This document shows positions 30,682 through 40,121 of a stretch of DNA of 64,000 bases, in pieces. The notes beneath the pieces were generated by a model. The model made no database searches and was not told the DNA's origin. It saw only the letters and a list, made by a program, of their open reading frames with translations. The DNA comes from an uncultured Candidatus Saccharibacteria bacterium (GTDB lineage: Bacteria; Patescibacteriota; Dojkabacteria; SC72; WJKH01): NCBI GenBank assembly GCA_964602665.1, contig CAZRRH010000004.1:16169-80168 (forward strand), read 5' to 3'. Each line of letters opens with the position of its first letter. Position 1 is the first letter of the stretch. The position numbers and the translations under genes are program-made.

Positions 30682-32043
30682 TCACTTCAATGGATGCCTC
30701 TTCTTATACTCCTGCTCGGCTAACTTATCAGAAGCATGAACATATCGATTAGTAGTATCAAGACTCTCATGTCCCAAAAGAAGCTGCAAAGCTACAGCTG
30801 AAGCTCCATTCTCAGCTAAATAAGTTGCGAAACCGTGACGCAGACTGTGCGCCGAAGTTGGGACTAAAATACCGGCTCTACGCCTATACTGAGCAATTTT
30901 CTCTTGAAAATAGTTAGTCGAAAGCTTGCAAGGCTTAAGTCTATAAGTTTTGCTATAATTTCCCTTTATAACACCATTTTCCTTAGGCTCATCATCTTTA
31001 TTATTATTTCTATCCTTACCAAAAATACCTCTGCCACTAAAAGGGATAAAAAGAGCAGGGGAGTGCAGTGCATCAACTAAATCAGCTCTTCTTATATCTT
31101 CCACAAGGGACAGAGCAGACAGAGATTTCCCATCATAATCATCAGCCAAATCACCAAGAAAATCTTCAATCATTTTAATAACCTTTTTATGTTTCACGAA
31201 TAGTCGCTCGTTTGTTTCACGATTAGTAGTTTTTGAGCCATTAATTTCCCATTTAAATCTAATAATGAGGTACAAATCAAGCCATCTAAGAGCCCTTGGT
31301 GTTAAGTATACAAACCTCTGTTTACGGCCCTTACCAGTTATAAATAGCTTTCCCTCGACATTTACATCGGATATTGACAAGCTCATAAGCTCGCTAATTC
31401 GCATACCACTTGCAAAAAGCATCTCAAGCATGGCTCGATTTCGCATACCAACTCGTTTATCTTTCTCAAACTGCGTTGGGAATTCGATTAACTTAACAAT
31501 GTCGTCAAAATCTGCAAGCTGTTTTTTCTTTTTTGGACTCTTGATCATTTTTATACTATCAGGAGCCAATGGATACGGCTGATCCATTTCAATTAGGTAT
31601 CTCAGATATGACCTTATAGCTGACAACATCCGGTTGGCTGATTTCGCATCCAGTTCGTGATCAGCTTGATGTCTAAAATCGGCGCTCTTACCAGTATAAA
31701 CCTTCTTATATATCTCTTTTAAGACATCTAAGGAGACCTTTTGTTGATCATCGTTTAAATTAGGGGCATCAGGGCTCGCTGTGGTGTTTTGTATTGTAAC
31801 AACAAGCCTTTTTCTCATATTAGCCAAGTCAACAAGGTGATCACAGTTCCTAAGATACCCTTTATATACATCAATATCTTGTTTTGATAACTTAGCAAAG
31901 GGAATTTTATGATTTTGCAGAAATAGGGCAAAGATACTCAAATCACGGGCGTAGTTAATAACAGTTTGTATGCTGTAATTATTATTATGCAAAGAGAGTA
32001 AAAAATCATCTTGTGAAGGTAATTTAATAATTGATCCCGCCAT
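30682..32043 (-). CDS. Xer-family tyrosine recombinase with insertions
   Basis: SGMRISEL, GKGRKQR, HSLRHGFAT, LLGHESLDTTNRY. Confidence 0.9.
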   Translation of the reverse strand: MAGSIIKLPSQDDFLLSLHNNNYSIQTVINYARDLSIFALFLQNHKIPFAKLSKQDIDVYKGYLRNCDHLVDLANMRKRLVVTIQNTTASPDAPNLNDDQQKVSLDVLKEIYKKVYTGKSADFRHQADHELDAKSANRMLSAIRSYLRYLIEMDQPYPLAPDSIKMIKSPKKKKQLADFDDIVKLIEFPTQFEKDKRVGMRNRAMLEMLFASGMRISELMSLSISDVNVEGKLFITGKGRKQRFVYLTPRALRWLDLYLIIRFKWEINGSKTTNRETNERLFVKHKKVIKMIEDFLGDLADDYDGKSLSALSLVEDIRRADLVDALHSPALFIPFSGRGIFGKDRNNNKDDEPKENGVIKGNYSKTYRLKPCKLSTNYFQEKIAQYRRRAGILVPTSAHSLRHGFATYLAENGASAVALQLLLGHESLDTTNRYVHASDKLAEQEYKKRHPLK

Positions 32044-32077
32044 TAGGTTTTACTTAATAAGGTTAAATGTTATAGCA

Positions 32078-32107
32078 ATTATAAACTACCCTTTGGCAGA
32101 ATGTCAA
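32078..32107 (-). promoter_or_regulatory. Sigma70 promoter of the xer gene
   Basis: Consensus TTGACA-N18-TATAAT. Confidence 0.75.
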
Positions 32108-32108
32108 G

Positions 32109-32136
32109 ACCGCATATAATGTTGATTATACTCGGT
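32109..32136. other. dif-like Xer recombination site
   Basis: ACCGCATATAA-TGTTGA-TTATACTCGGT: 11-6-11 architecture with 9/11 arm symmetry and the ATAA-N6-TTAT core of dif sites. Confidence 0.75.
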
Positions 32137-32360
32137 CATATCTGCTGTGTTTTAGTATGCTTTAATAAAAAGAGAAGTACCTACTCTAAGGAGTATTTGT
32201 AAGGTACCAATTTGTGTAATATTTATTTAAATCGTTTTTATTAAACTAGAAAACAATATCGTCAAAAAAGGCTGTTGTAGCGCACTAAATACTATAGGTT
32301 AAGCTGAAAGTTATCCACACCGTTGTTTACTATGGGATGTTCCACGCTGCTCCCCTTCCC

Positions 32361-33110
32361 TTACCATGCCAACAGCAATAAAATAATAAAAAACAGCATC
32401 GCTTGTATAAAGCTAAGTATTCTAAATTTCTTCTCGTTAAGGATAAACATTGATATAACAGGCAAAAACGCAAGAAATTCAATCTTCTCGGTAAAAAGCA
32501 TCCCCGCAAGAAATAGCCCTAGAACACTATACGATATCAGGGCACTTTCTTTAAAAATTAGCTCCCTACTCACCTCTAAGTTGACAAAATACATTATTGT
32601 AACAACAAAAACAAGCAAAAACTCAATTAACGCAATAAAATATATAGGCAAATTACTGTTTAATACTGCAAATGAGCCAAAATACACAGTCGCCAGTGAG
32701 AAAATAAAAGAACTACTTTTAGCAACATTTACAAGTGGAAGAGGTTTCTCGGTCCATACGACAAATATATTTACCATCGAGAAAAGTACATAATTAACGA
32801 ACACGAACATTGACACAACAATAAAAAACAGTGCTGATTCATATACTCGTCCAAAACTTGTGTAAAAAAACAAAAAGAGAAAAAACACCTGGGCAAAAAG
32901 CATCAAAGCGCCTTGAAATATAAACAAAATCGCCTTTTTATTTAATACAAAATTAGTTATCCATAACAATCCGATAAATCCAAAGGCCCCAAATCCTAGT
33001 GAGTACAACAAAATTTGATATATTTCGACTGTTTCTCTTTGCAAAAGCTTGATTATAAACATGGCGATACCAATAATCAATGCAACTGCTATCATTTTTG
33101 GCTTTTTCAT
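32361..33110 (-). CDS. Polytopic membrane protein
   Basis: About 8 hydrophobic segments; follows ruvB. Confidence 0.7.
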   Translation of the reverse strand: MKKPKMIAVALIIGIAMFIIKLLQRETVEIYQILLYSLGFGAFGFIGLLWITNFVLNKKAILFIFQGALMLFAQVFFLFLFFYTSFGRVYESALFFIVVSMFVFVNYVLFSMVNIFVVWTEKPLPLVNVAKSSSFIFSLATVYFGSFAVLNSNLPIYFIALIEFLLVFVVTIMYFVNLEVSRELIFKESALISYSVLGLFLAGMLFTEKIEFLAFLPVISMFILNEKKFRILSFIQAMLFFIILLLLAW

Positions 33111-33121
33111 AATTTCATCTT

Positions 33122-34153
33122 TTACAACTTAGAAATTATTAATTTCTTCCCCTTCTCTGTTACTACCCTACCTTTTGGCGTCCTCATAAGCAGCCCCATC
33201 TGTATAAGAAAAGGCTCGTAAACATCCTCTACCGTCTCAGCTTCCTCAGAGATGGATGCACAAATCGTTCCAAGTCCAACAGGCCCTCCATCGAAATCTT
33301 CTATTATGGAGACAAGTATTCTTCTATCTATTTCCTCAAGCCCCATTTCATCAATCTGGAGCAGTTCTAGAGCCTTTTTTACAACACTTATACCGATATT
33401 ATCTGCCCCTCCATCATACTCAGCAAAATCACGAACTCTTTTTAGCAATCTAAGAGCAATTCTAGGCGTTCCACGAGATCTACAAGCAAGTTCCCTAATA
33501 GCGTTATCATCAATCTTGATTCTCCAAAGATCTTTTGCCCTCATAAGCACATCACATAAGTCCTCGTTACCAAGATAATCTAATCTCTGCACCAAGCCGA
33601 ATCTGTCTCTCATTGGATTACTTATCATCCCTGCTCTTGTAGTCGCTGCCACGAGTGTAAACGGCTTAAGATCAAGCCTAATCGTCTTAGCAGAAATACC
33701 CTTGCCGATAAGAATATCAAGCTTTTGGTCTTCCATTGCTGGATAAAGTATCTCTTCAACACTTTTACTAAGCCTATGTATTTCATCAATAAAAAGGACA
33801 TCTCCTGTATTAAGATTTGTCAATATTGTAGCAAGATCTCCTTGTTTTTTTATCACAGGGCCACTCGTTATGACTATATTAGCCGACATTTCTTTTGCAA
33901 TAGCAATTGCAAATGTTGTCTTACCAAGTCCTGGAGGGCCATAAAAGAGTATGTGATCAACTGCTTCTTTTCTTTTTCTTGCAGACTCGATCATCATTAA
34001 CAATCTCTTCTTCTCATTAAGACGACCCGCTATTTCATCAAAGGAGCTTGGCCTTATGCTATTAAGCTCTAATGTGTCTTCTAGACGAGGTTTAGAGGCA
34101 ACAAGCTTTTTACTACTTCGATTCAATTTTAACTCTGCTTTATCTCTAATCAT
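33122..34153 (-). CDS. ruvB: Holliday junction helicase RuvB
   Basis: GPPGLGKTT, FIDEIHRL, RGTPRIA, YEPFL. Confidence 0.97.
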   Translation of the reverse strand: MIRDKAELKLNRSSKKLVASKPRLEDTLELNSIRPSSFDEIAGRLNEKKRLLMMIESARKRKEAVDHILFYGPPGLGKTTFAIAIAKEMSANIVITSGPVIKKQGDLATILTNLNTGDVLFIDEIHRLSKSVEEILYPAMEDQKLDILIGKGISAKTIRLDLKPFTLVAATTRAGMISNPMRDRFGLVQRLDYLGNEDLCDVLMRAKDLWRIKIDDNAIRELACRSRGTPRIALRLLKRVRDFAEYDGGADNIGISVVKKALELLQIDEMGLEEIDRRILVSIIEDFDGGPVGLGTICASISEEAETVEDVYEPFLIQMGLLMRTPKGRVVTEKGKKLIISKL

Positions 34154-34162
34154 ATTTTAATG

Positions 34163-34753
34163 TTATCTTTTCATTACCATTTCAACTAATTGCTCTATTT
34201 TTATATCACTCTTTTCATTGATTAATTCGTTTGCTGTCTTCATTTTTTGTTCAAGCTCCTCTCCTGTAAAACCGAGATTTTTTAATGCCATTTTTAATTC
34301 TTTGAGCAGCGGGTTATCATCAGAGGATCTTCCCGATACCATATGCCCAAAATCGCCATCATCTATTTTACTGCTTAACTCCAGAATTATTTTTTGTGCG
34401 CCTTTTTTACCAAGTCCAGGCACTTTTGATAGCAATACAAAATCTCTTTGCATTATAAGCTCTTTTATCTCGTCTGGGGTATAAACAGATAGTATTGACA
34501 TTGCTATTTTAGGGCCTATTCCAGAGACTTTGATCATTTCATTAAAGTATAGCTTCTCTTCCAAAGAAAGAAATCCGTACAATTGCCAGCTGTCTTCGCG
34601 GATATAATGATAAATTAATATTTCAGCTGTATCTTCTTCGTTGATTAATGATAGATTTCTATCGCTCATTGTAACACCGTAAGTTACTCCACTTGTCGTC
34701 TCAACTTCAAGTGGGTATTTTGAAACGATCTTACCTTTTATCCTTGTGATCAT
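34163..34753 (-). CDS. ruvA: Holliday junction binding protein RuvA
   Basis: IREDSWQLYGF, VSGIGPK, VPGLGKKGA. Confidence 0.95.
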   Translation of the reverse strand: MITRIKGKIVSKYPLEVETTSGVTYGVTMSDRNLSLINEEDTAEILIYHYIREDSWQLYGFLSLEEKLYFNEMIKVSGIGPKIAMSILSVYTPDEIKELIMQRDFVLLSKVPGLGKKGAQKIILELSSKIDDGDFGHMVSGRSSDDNPLLKELKMALKNLGFTGEELEQKMKTANELINEKSDIKIEQLVEMVMKR

Positions 34754-34825
34754 AGGAATATTATATCAAATATTTAGAGTAATGCTACTATAATAAATTT
34801 AGCCCAAAACTTTTTGAAATAGCTT

Positions 34826-35332
34826 TTATATAAGCTTTTTAATCGATGCTTCCGCAATCATCGCTATTGCCAAGGCGTCACAAGCATCATCCTGCACAAG
34901 CCCATCGATATTTAACATCATTGACACACATTCTTGGACTTGCTTTTTATCTGCCCTTCCATAACCAGTTATAAACTGTTTAACTTGCAAAGGAGTAAAA
35001 TCAGCCCTACTTACGCCCGCTTTTGCCAAAACTGTAAGAACAACTCCCCTTGCCTGTCCCACAGCAATGGCTGTCTTGGCATTTGAATAAAAGAGTAAAC
35101 TCTCTACGCCGGCAAAATCAGGCTTATATTTTTCAACAATTCCTGTAAGATCATCATATATTTCGCACAATCTTTGCCCTATCTCCTCGCCTTTTGATGT
35201 TGTTATAATGCCATAATTAATGATTTCATAGCTTTTTTCTTGTTTTGAAATATTTTGCAAATCGCATTTAAGAACGGCCCAGCCTGTTGTTGCAAGTCCA
35301 GGATCAATTCCCAAAATAATATTACTGTTCAT
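34826..35332 (-). CDS. ruvC: Holliday junction resolvase RuvC
   Basis: ILGIDPG, GQARGV, GYGRADK, DDACDALA. Confidence 0.95.
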   Translation of the reverse strand: MNSNIILGIDPGLATTGWAVLKCDLQNISKQEKSYEIINYGIITTSKGEEIGQRLCEIYDDLTGIVEKYKPDFAGVESLLFYSNAKTAIAVGQARGVVLTVLAKAGVSRADFTPLQVKQFITGYGRADKKQVQECVSMMLNIDGLVQDDACDALAIAMIAEASIKKLI

Positions 35333-36161
35333 ACATTGCGCTCATAAATTTACCCCTATCTGCATCAGACCAGACAAGCTGTACATCATCATTTTCCATA
35401 AGCCTTTCGCAGAATTGAGCGATTTTCTCGATTTGCTCATCAGAGTAATCTTTATGAGTTTTACATAATCTAACCACAATAGATTCTTTTATTATGTAGC
35501 CTGTTTTTTCTATTTTATCTCGTACAGAGGCAAGATCTTCAAAATCTGTATAAATTTCAATATCCTGCTCCTCTCCTCCTTGGCCACTATGTCCAATAAA
35601 TATGCTTCTATCTTCAATTATATCCTTTACGCAATCAATTTCCATCATTTCCATTACAACATCATCTTTATTGTAAAGCTGTTCAGTATCATCTTGACCA
35701 AATTTCTGACTTTTTACTTTCTTGGCACATTTTAAAACAATAAGACCTCTTGTCTCAAAATTCCAAGACACAGCGCCTGTTTGAGCCAATATACCCCCCG
35801 CTTCATTAAAAATCTGCCTTATTTCAGAAACTGTCCTGTTCTTATTATCCGTCAAAACATCTATCATGACACCACAATCTCCCATGATTAATCCTTCATA
35901 CGTGAGATTTTCATAAACGACTTTTTCATCGGATGTACCCGCGCCACGAGCAATTGCCCTCTCTATATTAGCAACAGGCATACTCTCTGATTTAGCTTTA
36001 TTTACAAGCAATCTTAGAGTTGGATTTGCGCTCAAATCTGCTCCTCCTTGCATTGCAGCTACAGTAATTAACTGTGCCATTTTAGAGAAAACTTTCCCCT
36101 TTTTTGCATCATTTAAAGCTTTCTTATGCCTAATTGTCGACCATTTACTATGTCCTGACAT
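35322..36161 (-). CDS. yebC: YebC/PmpR family protein
   Basis: MSGHSKWSTIRHKK, TDNKNRT. Confidence 0.95.
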   Translation of the reverse strand: MSGHSKWSTIRHKKALNDAKKGKVFSKMAQLITVAAMQGGADLSANPTLRLLVNKAKSESMPVANIERAIARGAGTSDEKVVYENLTYEGLIMGDCGVMIDVLTDNKNRTVSEIRQIFNEAGGILAQTGAVSWNFETRGLIVLKCAKKVKSQKFGQDDTEQLYNKDDVVMEMMEIDCVKDIIEDRSIFIGHSGQGGEEQDIEIYTDFEDLASVRDKIEKTGYIIKESIVVRLCKTHKDYSDEQIEKIAQFCERLMENDDVQLVWSDADRGKFMSAMYEQ

Positions 36162-36167
36162 TCTTTT

Positions 36168-36202
36168 TAAATTTTAAATGCTAAATTTTAAATTTTAAAT
36201 TA
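36168..36202. repeat. Heptamer tandem repeat (TAAATTT x5, imperfect)
   Basis: TAAATTT TAAATGC TAAATTT TAAATTT TAAATTA. Confidence 0.6.
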
Positions 36203-36220
36203 TTAAGAAGTGTTTCGTAA

Positions 36221-37213
36221 CTAATTTATTATTATAACGATATCTCCTGTATTCATGAAATCGGGTCTTTCTTCAACTATAACAACATCTATTATAAACA
36301 AACTGCGCACAATATTCAAGCTCTGCGCGAATTTCTCTTTGTCACTGACAAAAATAGTCGTCTTATCATATGAAACGGGACAATTGCCGTATCTTATAAC
36401 ATTAAACCCTAGATTTGTGAGAATACGACTATATAAACTTGCCATACCAGAAGATGAGCCTGCATTATACACTTCTACGCGCGCTTGTTCTTTTTTAACT
36501 TGCTTATCAAAAAATACCGCGCTATTGGAATTTATTGTTGAATCAATTTTACTTGTATTGAGCTTGTAAACAAACTCTCCCGTAGAAATAAGCTCCTCTA
36601 CAAGATAATCGTTTTCTATTTTTATTATCTGAGTTTTTTTCGCAATTTGCTTAAGCTCGAACCATTTCTGCAACAGCTCTTTATAATTTAAATTGCTTAC
36701 CATGTCAGCATAATATAGTCCTAATTTATCATTCAAAAACAAATCAGTAATCTGAGTGTTTTTTCTAAACAATTTATTAATGTCCACATCTTCATCAGAG
36801 TATTCAATAGCTATTAAAGAGTTAATTTTCAGAGCAAATTGATTACCAAGTTTCTGGGTCAATAAAGAATATCCTCCACCAAAAGAGTCATTTAGTCCAA
36901 AGTGATTTATTGTAGAAAACCTCTCTTCGCCAATATATACCCATGAGGGTATATAGAATATTAATGCAGTAGCGTTTTCAGCGTTCTGCACAAAAAGAAA
37001 TCCGTGCATAATTTCGTTTGTCCCTTTTTCATAATCTCGCTTTTCAAGAACAAGAAGCGTCGTTTCAACACTTCTTTCTTGATTGTTAATAAAAACCTGA
37101 TCATTAATCAAAGGCTCTTTATTAAGATAATTAGATATATGTAATACTCGATATCCTATCAAGAGGAATCCAATAATAATTAAAAGCGCAAGTATTATTC
37201 TTAACTTCTTCAT
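36221..37213 (-). CDS. LytR/LCP-related protein with a LytR C-terminal domain
   Basis: N-terminal TM; VEVYNAGSSSGMA...GFNV..GN...DIVIII. Confidence 0.75.
   Translation of the reverse strand: MKKLRIILALLIIIGFLLIGYRVLHISNYLNKEPLINDQVFINNQERSVETTLLVLEKRDYEKGTNEIMHGFLFVQNAENATALIFYIPSWVYIGEERFSTINHFGLNDSFGGGYSLLTQKLGNQFALKINSLIAIEYSDEDVDINKLFRKNTQITDLFLNDKLGLYYADMVSNLNYKELLQKWFELKQIAKKTQIIKIENDYLVEELISTGEFVYKLNTSKIDSTINSNSAVFFDKQVKKEQARVEVYNAGSSSGMASLYSRILTNLGFNVIRYGNCPVSYDKTTIFVSDKEKFAQSLNIVRSLFIIDVVIVEERPDFMNTGDIVIIIN
36934..36955. repeat. Intragenic palindrome TATATACCC-ATGA-GGGTATATA
   Basis: Perfect 9-bp inverted repeat; the same motif recurs at 38330, 43044 and 52566. Confidence 0.85.
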
Positions 37214-37511
37214 ATGTTAATTTTGTGTTATTTTTACTTATAAGGCAATGTCTTATAAGTTTACTATCCTTACTGTTGTTTTAAATGCATAACATGTCCC
37301 GTTTTTGTCTGTGTTACGTAAATGTTATTTAATTTATCCTTTATCTAAGTCACTTTTTAAGGTTGATCTTTTTGGCTCTCAATTAAGATTATCAGCATAG
37401 CGTTTTTCATGAATACAGCATTTAAGCAAATTCTTTTTATTGTTCACATGATTTAAACATCAAGAGATTGTTCCGTCTTGATAACACTATCCATGAAAAA
37501 TACCCGATAAC

Positions 37512-38465
37512 TTACCACTTTGAAGACTCAAACTCCTCAAACCCTATAGTATCGTAAAACCCCTCTGAAAACACTTTGTTATCATATTCAAATCCAATAT
37601 GTATAGACCAAAGATCTATAGCTTTTGGCACAAGATACTCTTTGCCATAAAGTGTATCCCCAACAATAATCATCCCTAGCGCTTTTAAAGTAGCCCTAAT
37701 CTGATGATTTCTCCCAGTAAGAAGCTTTATAAGCAACCTGTTCTTACCGATAATTCTAAGTTCCAAAATAGCTTTCCTATACCCCCTAGGAGTATAAAAG
37801 TCATCTTTATACTTAAAGATTTTACCCGTCTCCATTTTATCAATTCCTTCAAGCTTAAAAGACCTACGGATTCTTTTTTTTCTATCTCTTATAATTCCCC
37901 CATAAACCCTGTAAACATAACCTTTTTCAAATTTACCTGCTAGCTCTTTGACATTGGCAATATAATATTTCTGAATTCCTCTTTCTAAAAACAAGCGTGA
38001 GAGCTCATTTTGCCCTTTAGTATTCTTCGCAAAAACCATAATACCTCCAACAGGTTTGTCTAATCTGTGCACGATACCATTTCTAGGCATTTCTTTATCT
38101 ATAAGACCTGTTTTTGCAAGGATTGCAGCCGTTTTAAGTACATCATCTCCTCGGTTTTTTATAGCAAATAAGAAGTCTTCATATTGTGCAGTGATTTGAG
38201 CATCCTGACCCTCTATATCAATTTCAGAAAAAGAACGCTTTGATGCATCCTCTAAAAGTGTCTCATCAAATAAATACTCCTCGCCTGCCTGCACAATGCA
38301 CGATGGCTTTACATTACTACCATCGACTTTATATACCCCACTGGGTATATACTTCTTGATAAAACTACGGGTACGATTTATGCCAACCCCCTTATTTAAT
38401 AAATCAGTAAGAGCGACATCCAATCTTTGTCCCCCGTAGTTATTTGGGATTAAGATTTTTTTCAT
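37512..38465 (-). CDS. RluA/RluD family pseudouridine synthase
   Basis: S4-like RLD N-terminus, GIVHRLDK, TGRNHQIR, IVGDTLYG. Confidence 0.9.
   Translation of the reverse strand: MKKILIPNNYGGQRLDVALTDLLNKGVGINRTRSFIKKYIPSGVYKVDGSNVKPSCIVQAGEEYLFDETLLEDASKRSFSEIDIEGQDAQITAQYEDFLFAIKNRGDDVLKTAAILAKTGLIDKEMPRNGIVHRLDKPVGGIMVFAKNTKGQNELSRLFLERGIQKYYIANVKELAGKFEKGYVYRVYGGIIRDRKKRIRRSFKLEGIDKMETGKIFKYKDDFYTPRGYRKAILELRIIGKNRLLIKLLTGRNHQIRATLKALGMIIVGDTLYGKEYLVPKAIDLWSIHIGFEYDNKVFSEGFYDTIGFEEFESSKW
38330..38351. repeat. Intragenic palindrome TATATACCC-CACT-GGGTATATA
   Basis: Perfect 9-bp inverted repeat. Confidence 0.85.
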
Positions 38466-39175
38466 ATTTTAATAGATACAGAAGGTTTGCGCACATCTTT
38501 ATAATATCTATACAAAGTCAACAAGTGTATCGCAAGTACAATTACAAGGTTTACCTTATCTGTGATTGTCATATACCCTTGCAAGAATATCACTGCAAGA
38601 TTTGCAAATATTACCAGTGACAAAATGAGCTCGTAGACAAACACTTTACCAGCCACAAATACTGCGAGTTTTTTATTTATCCTATCTGCAGTAAGGAATA
38701 TAATGTCAAGAACCCCAGCAGCGATGATAAAAGGCAATGCAGTACCATCCCTTGCCAAGACAGAGTAAATCGAGATCATAGCTACAATAGCTAAATATGC
38801 TGTTCCAAAAACAACCCTATACATCTCTTGCCAGCTCCACTTTTTCATATATGAGATGTAAAAATAAGCAAAAATTAATAAGCCAGCAAATATCCCAGTA
38901 AAAAGGAAGAAACCATCCCAAACAGCGATCATTTTCCAAGGAAGTTGTCTAAACCAATAAATTTTATCTCCGTAAAGCTCATATGGCGAGTAAAACCATC
39001 CCACAGACATAAATTCATCCCATCTTGATGTGATGTAAGATAATCTTCCCCACAAAAGCATAAATATACTGCCTAAAATCCACACATCAAATATTGAGTT
39101 GTTATCCTTCTGTATTCTTTTGCACTCATGCCAAAAAACATAAAATGCCACCAAGAAAAGAATAATAAAATACAT
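38462..39175 (-). CDS. Lgt-like membrane protein (divergent)
   Basis: WGRLSY and VWDG..FTG resemble the Lgt N-terminal motifs; the C-terminal catalytic motifs are not evident. Confidence 0.55.
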   Translation of the reverse strand: MYFIILFLVAFYVFWHECKRIQKDNNSIFDVWILGSIFMLLWGRLSYITSRWDEFMSVGWFYSPYELYGDKIYWFRQLPWKMIAVWDGFFLFTGIFAGLLIFAYFYISYMKKWSWQEMYRVVFGTAYLAIVAMISIYSVLARDGTALPFIIAAGVLDIIFLTADRINKKLAVFVAGKVFVYELILSLVIFANLAVIFLQGYMTITDKVNLVIVLAIHLLTLYRYYKDVRKPSVSIKI

Positions 39176-39177
39176 AA

Positions 39178-39870
39178 TTATTTTCTCTTTTTTGATTTAT
39201 TCTTGCTTTTTTTTGCCTTTTTAGTCGGAGCTGTAGCAAAAACTTCCGCTTCTTTCTCCTGTTTTTTGGGCTTCTTAGGAAATATCTTGTCGAATATATT
39301 GTCAACTTTCTCAAAAAGCTTCTCTAATCTTACTTTATTAGCATATTTAGGCCTTTGAGGCATATTCTCGATATTGTCAAAATCAGGCTTATTTTCGACC
39401 ACATTTTCTTTAGCTATTGTCGCAGTTGCTCCACAATATGGGCAAAATTTCCAATTCTTATCAATCATCGCGCCACAGCTACACTTAACTTTGATTATAT
39501 TATTACAATTAGGACAATTAACAAAACCTGGGCGTAACTGGAATCCACATTTCTCGCACTCTCCTAAATCAGCAGTTTCAAATAACAAATATCTTCTCTC
39601 AAGATCAGCCCAGTAAGCCTCCTCCAAAGTATCTTTTGGCCTTATTATGAAGTAAATCAAAAGGCCTGGGAGATTAAGCACCAAAACTAAGATCACTGAA
39701 AATATCTGTATGTACTTATTTTTTGTTCTTGAAATTATATCGTTATATATCCACCAAGCTACAAATAGCCAAAACACAAAAAAAAGAATCAGAACAACGG
39801 TTTTTATCTGACCATAATCAGCTCTTAGCGTGTTCTCGATAAACTGCTCTAGCCCTTCCTCAAATGTCAT
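39178..39870 (-). CDS. Membrane protein with a double zinc ribbon
   Basis: GLLIYFIIRP, then CEKC/CPNC/CSC/CPYC. Confidence 0.8.
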   Translation of the reverse strand: MTFEEGLEQFIENTLRADYGQIKTVVLILFFVFWLFVAWWIYNDIISRTKNKYIQIFSVILVLVLNLPGLLIYFIIRPKDTLEEAYWADLERRYLLFETADLGECEKCGFQLRPGFVNCPNCNNIIKVKCSCGAMIDKNWKFCPYCGATATIAKENVVENKPDFDNIENMPQRPKYANKVRLEKLFEKVDNIFDKIFPKKPKKQEKEAEVFATAPTKKAKKSKNKSKKRK

Positions 39871-39904
39871 ACAGATTTTAATTAAAATTTAATAAATATA
39901 AAAT

Positions 39905-40022
39905 TGGTGGTCGAGGAGGGAATTGAACCCTCACCCCAGCCAATAAGTAACAATAAATTTATTTCCTATTAGCTGGGACGGGATTTTGAGTCCCGCGTGT
40001 CTGCCAGTTCCACCACTCGACC
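39905..40022 (-). tRNA. tRNA-Leu(CAA) with an extra-long variable arm
   Basis: Acceptor stem GGTCGAG/CTCGACC+A-CCA, D loop with TGGCA, anticodon arm CGGGA-CTCAAAA-TCCCG, T arm GAGGG-TTCAATT-CCCTC; 118 nt in total. Confidence 0.92.
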
Positions 40023-40073
40023 ATGTCCCCTATTTTATCATTTTACCACCGCTTTTTCAACCTCCAACACAGT

Positions 40074-40115
40074 ATTAGTAATTAGTAATTAGCAATTAGT
40101 AATTCGTAATTAATA
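40074..40115. repeat. Heptamer tandem repeat (ATTAGTA x6, imperfect)
   Basis: ATTAGTA ATTAGTA ATTAGCA ATTAGTA ATTCGTA ATTAATA. Confidence 0.8.
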
Positions 40116-40121
40116 ATTGTC

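Noticed and set aside
30682-32043. Prophage or ICE integrase
   Set aside because: No phage or conjugation genes and no att duplication were seen; the Xer-type sequence and dif-like site fit a chromosomal resolvase.
32311-32319. oriC from a DnaA box
   Set aside because: There is only one perfect box, with no cluster and no dnaA/dnaN nearby.
39933-39978. Group I or BHB intron in the tRNA
   Set aside because: It is far too short for group I, lies in the variable arm, and shows no bulge-helix-bulge motif.
40074-40115. Possible CRISPR array
   Set aside because: It is a 7-bp tandem repeat with no spacers, and there are no cas genes in the window.
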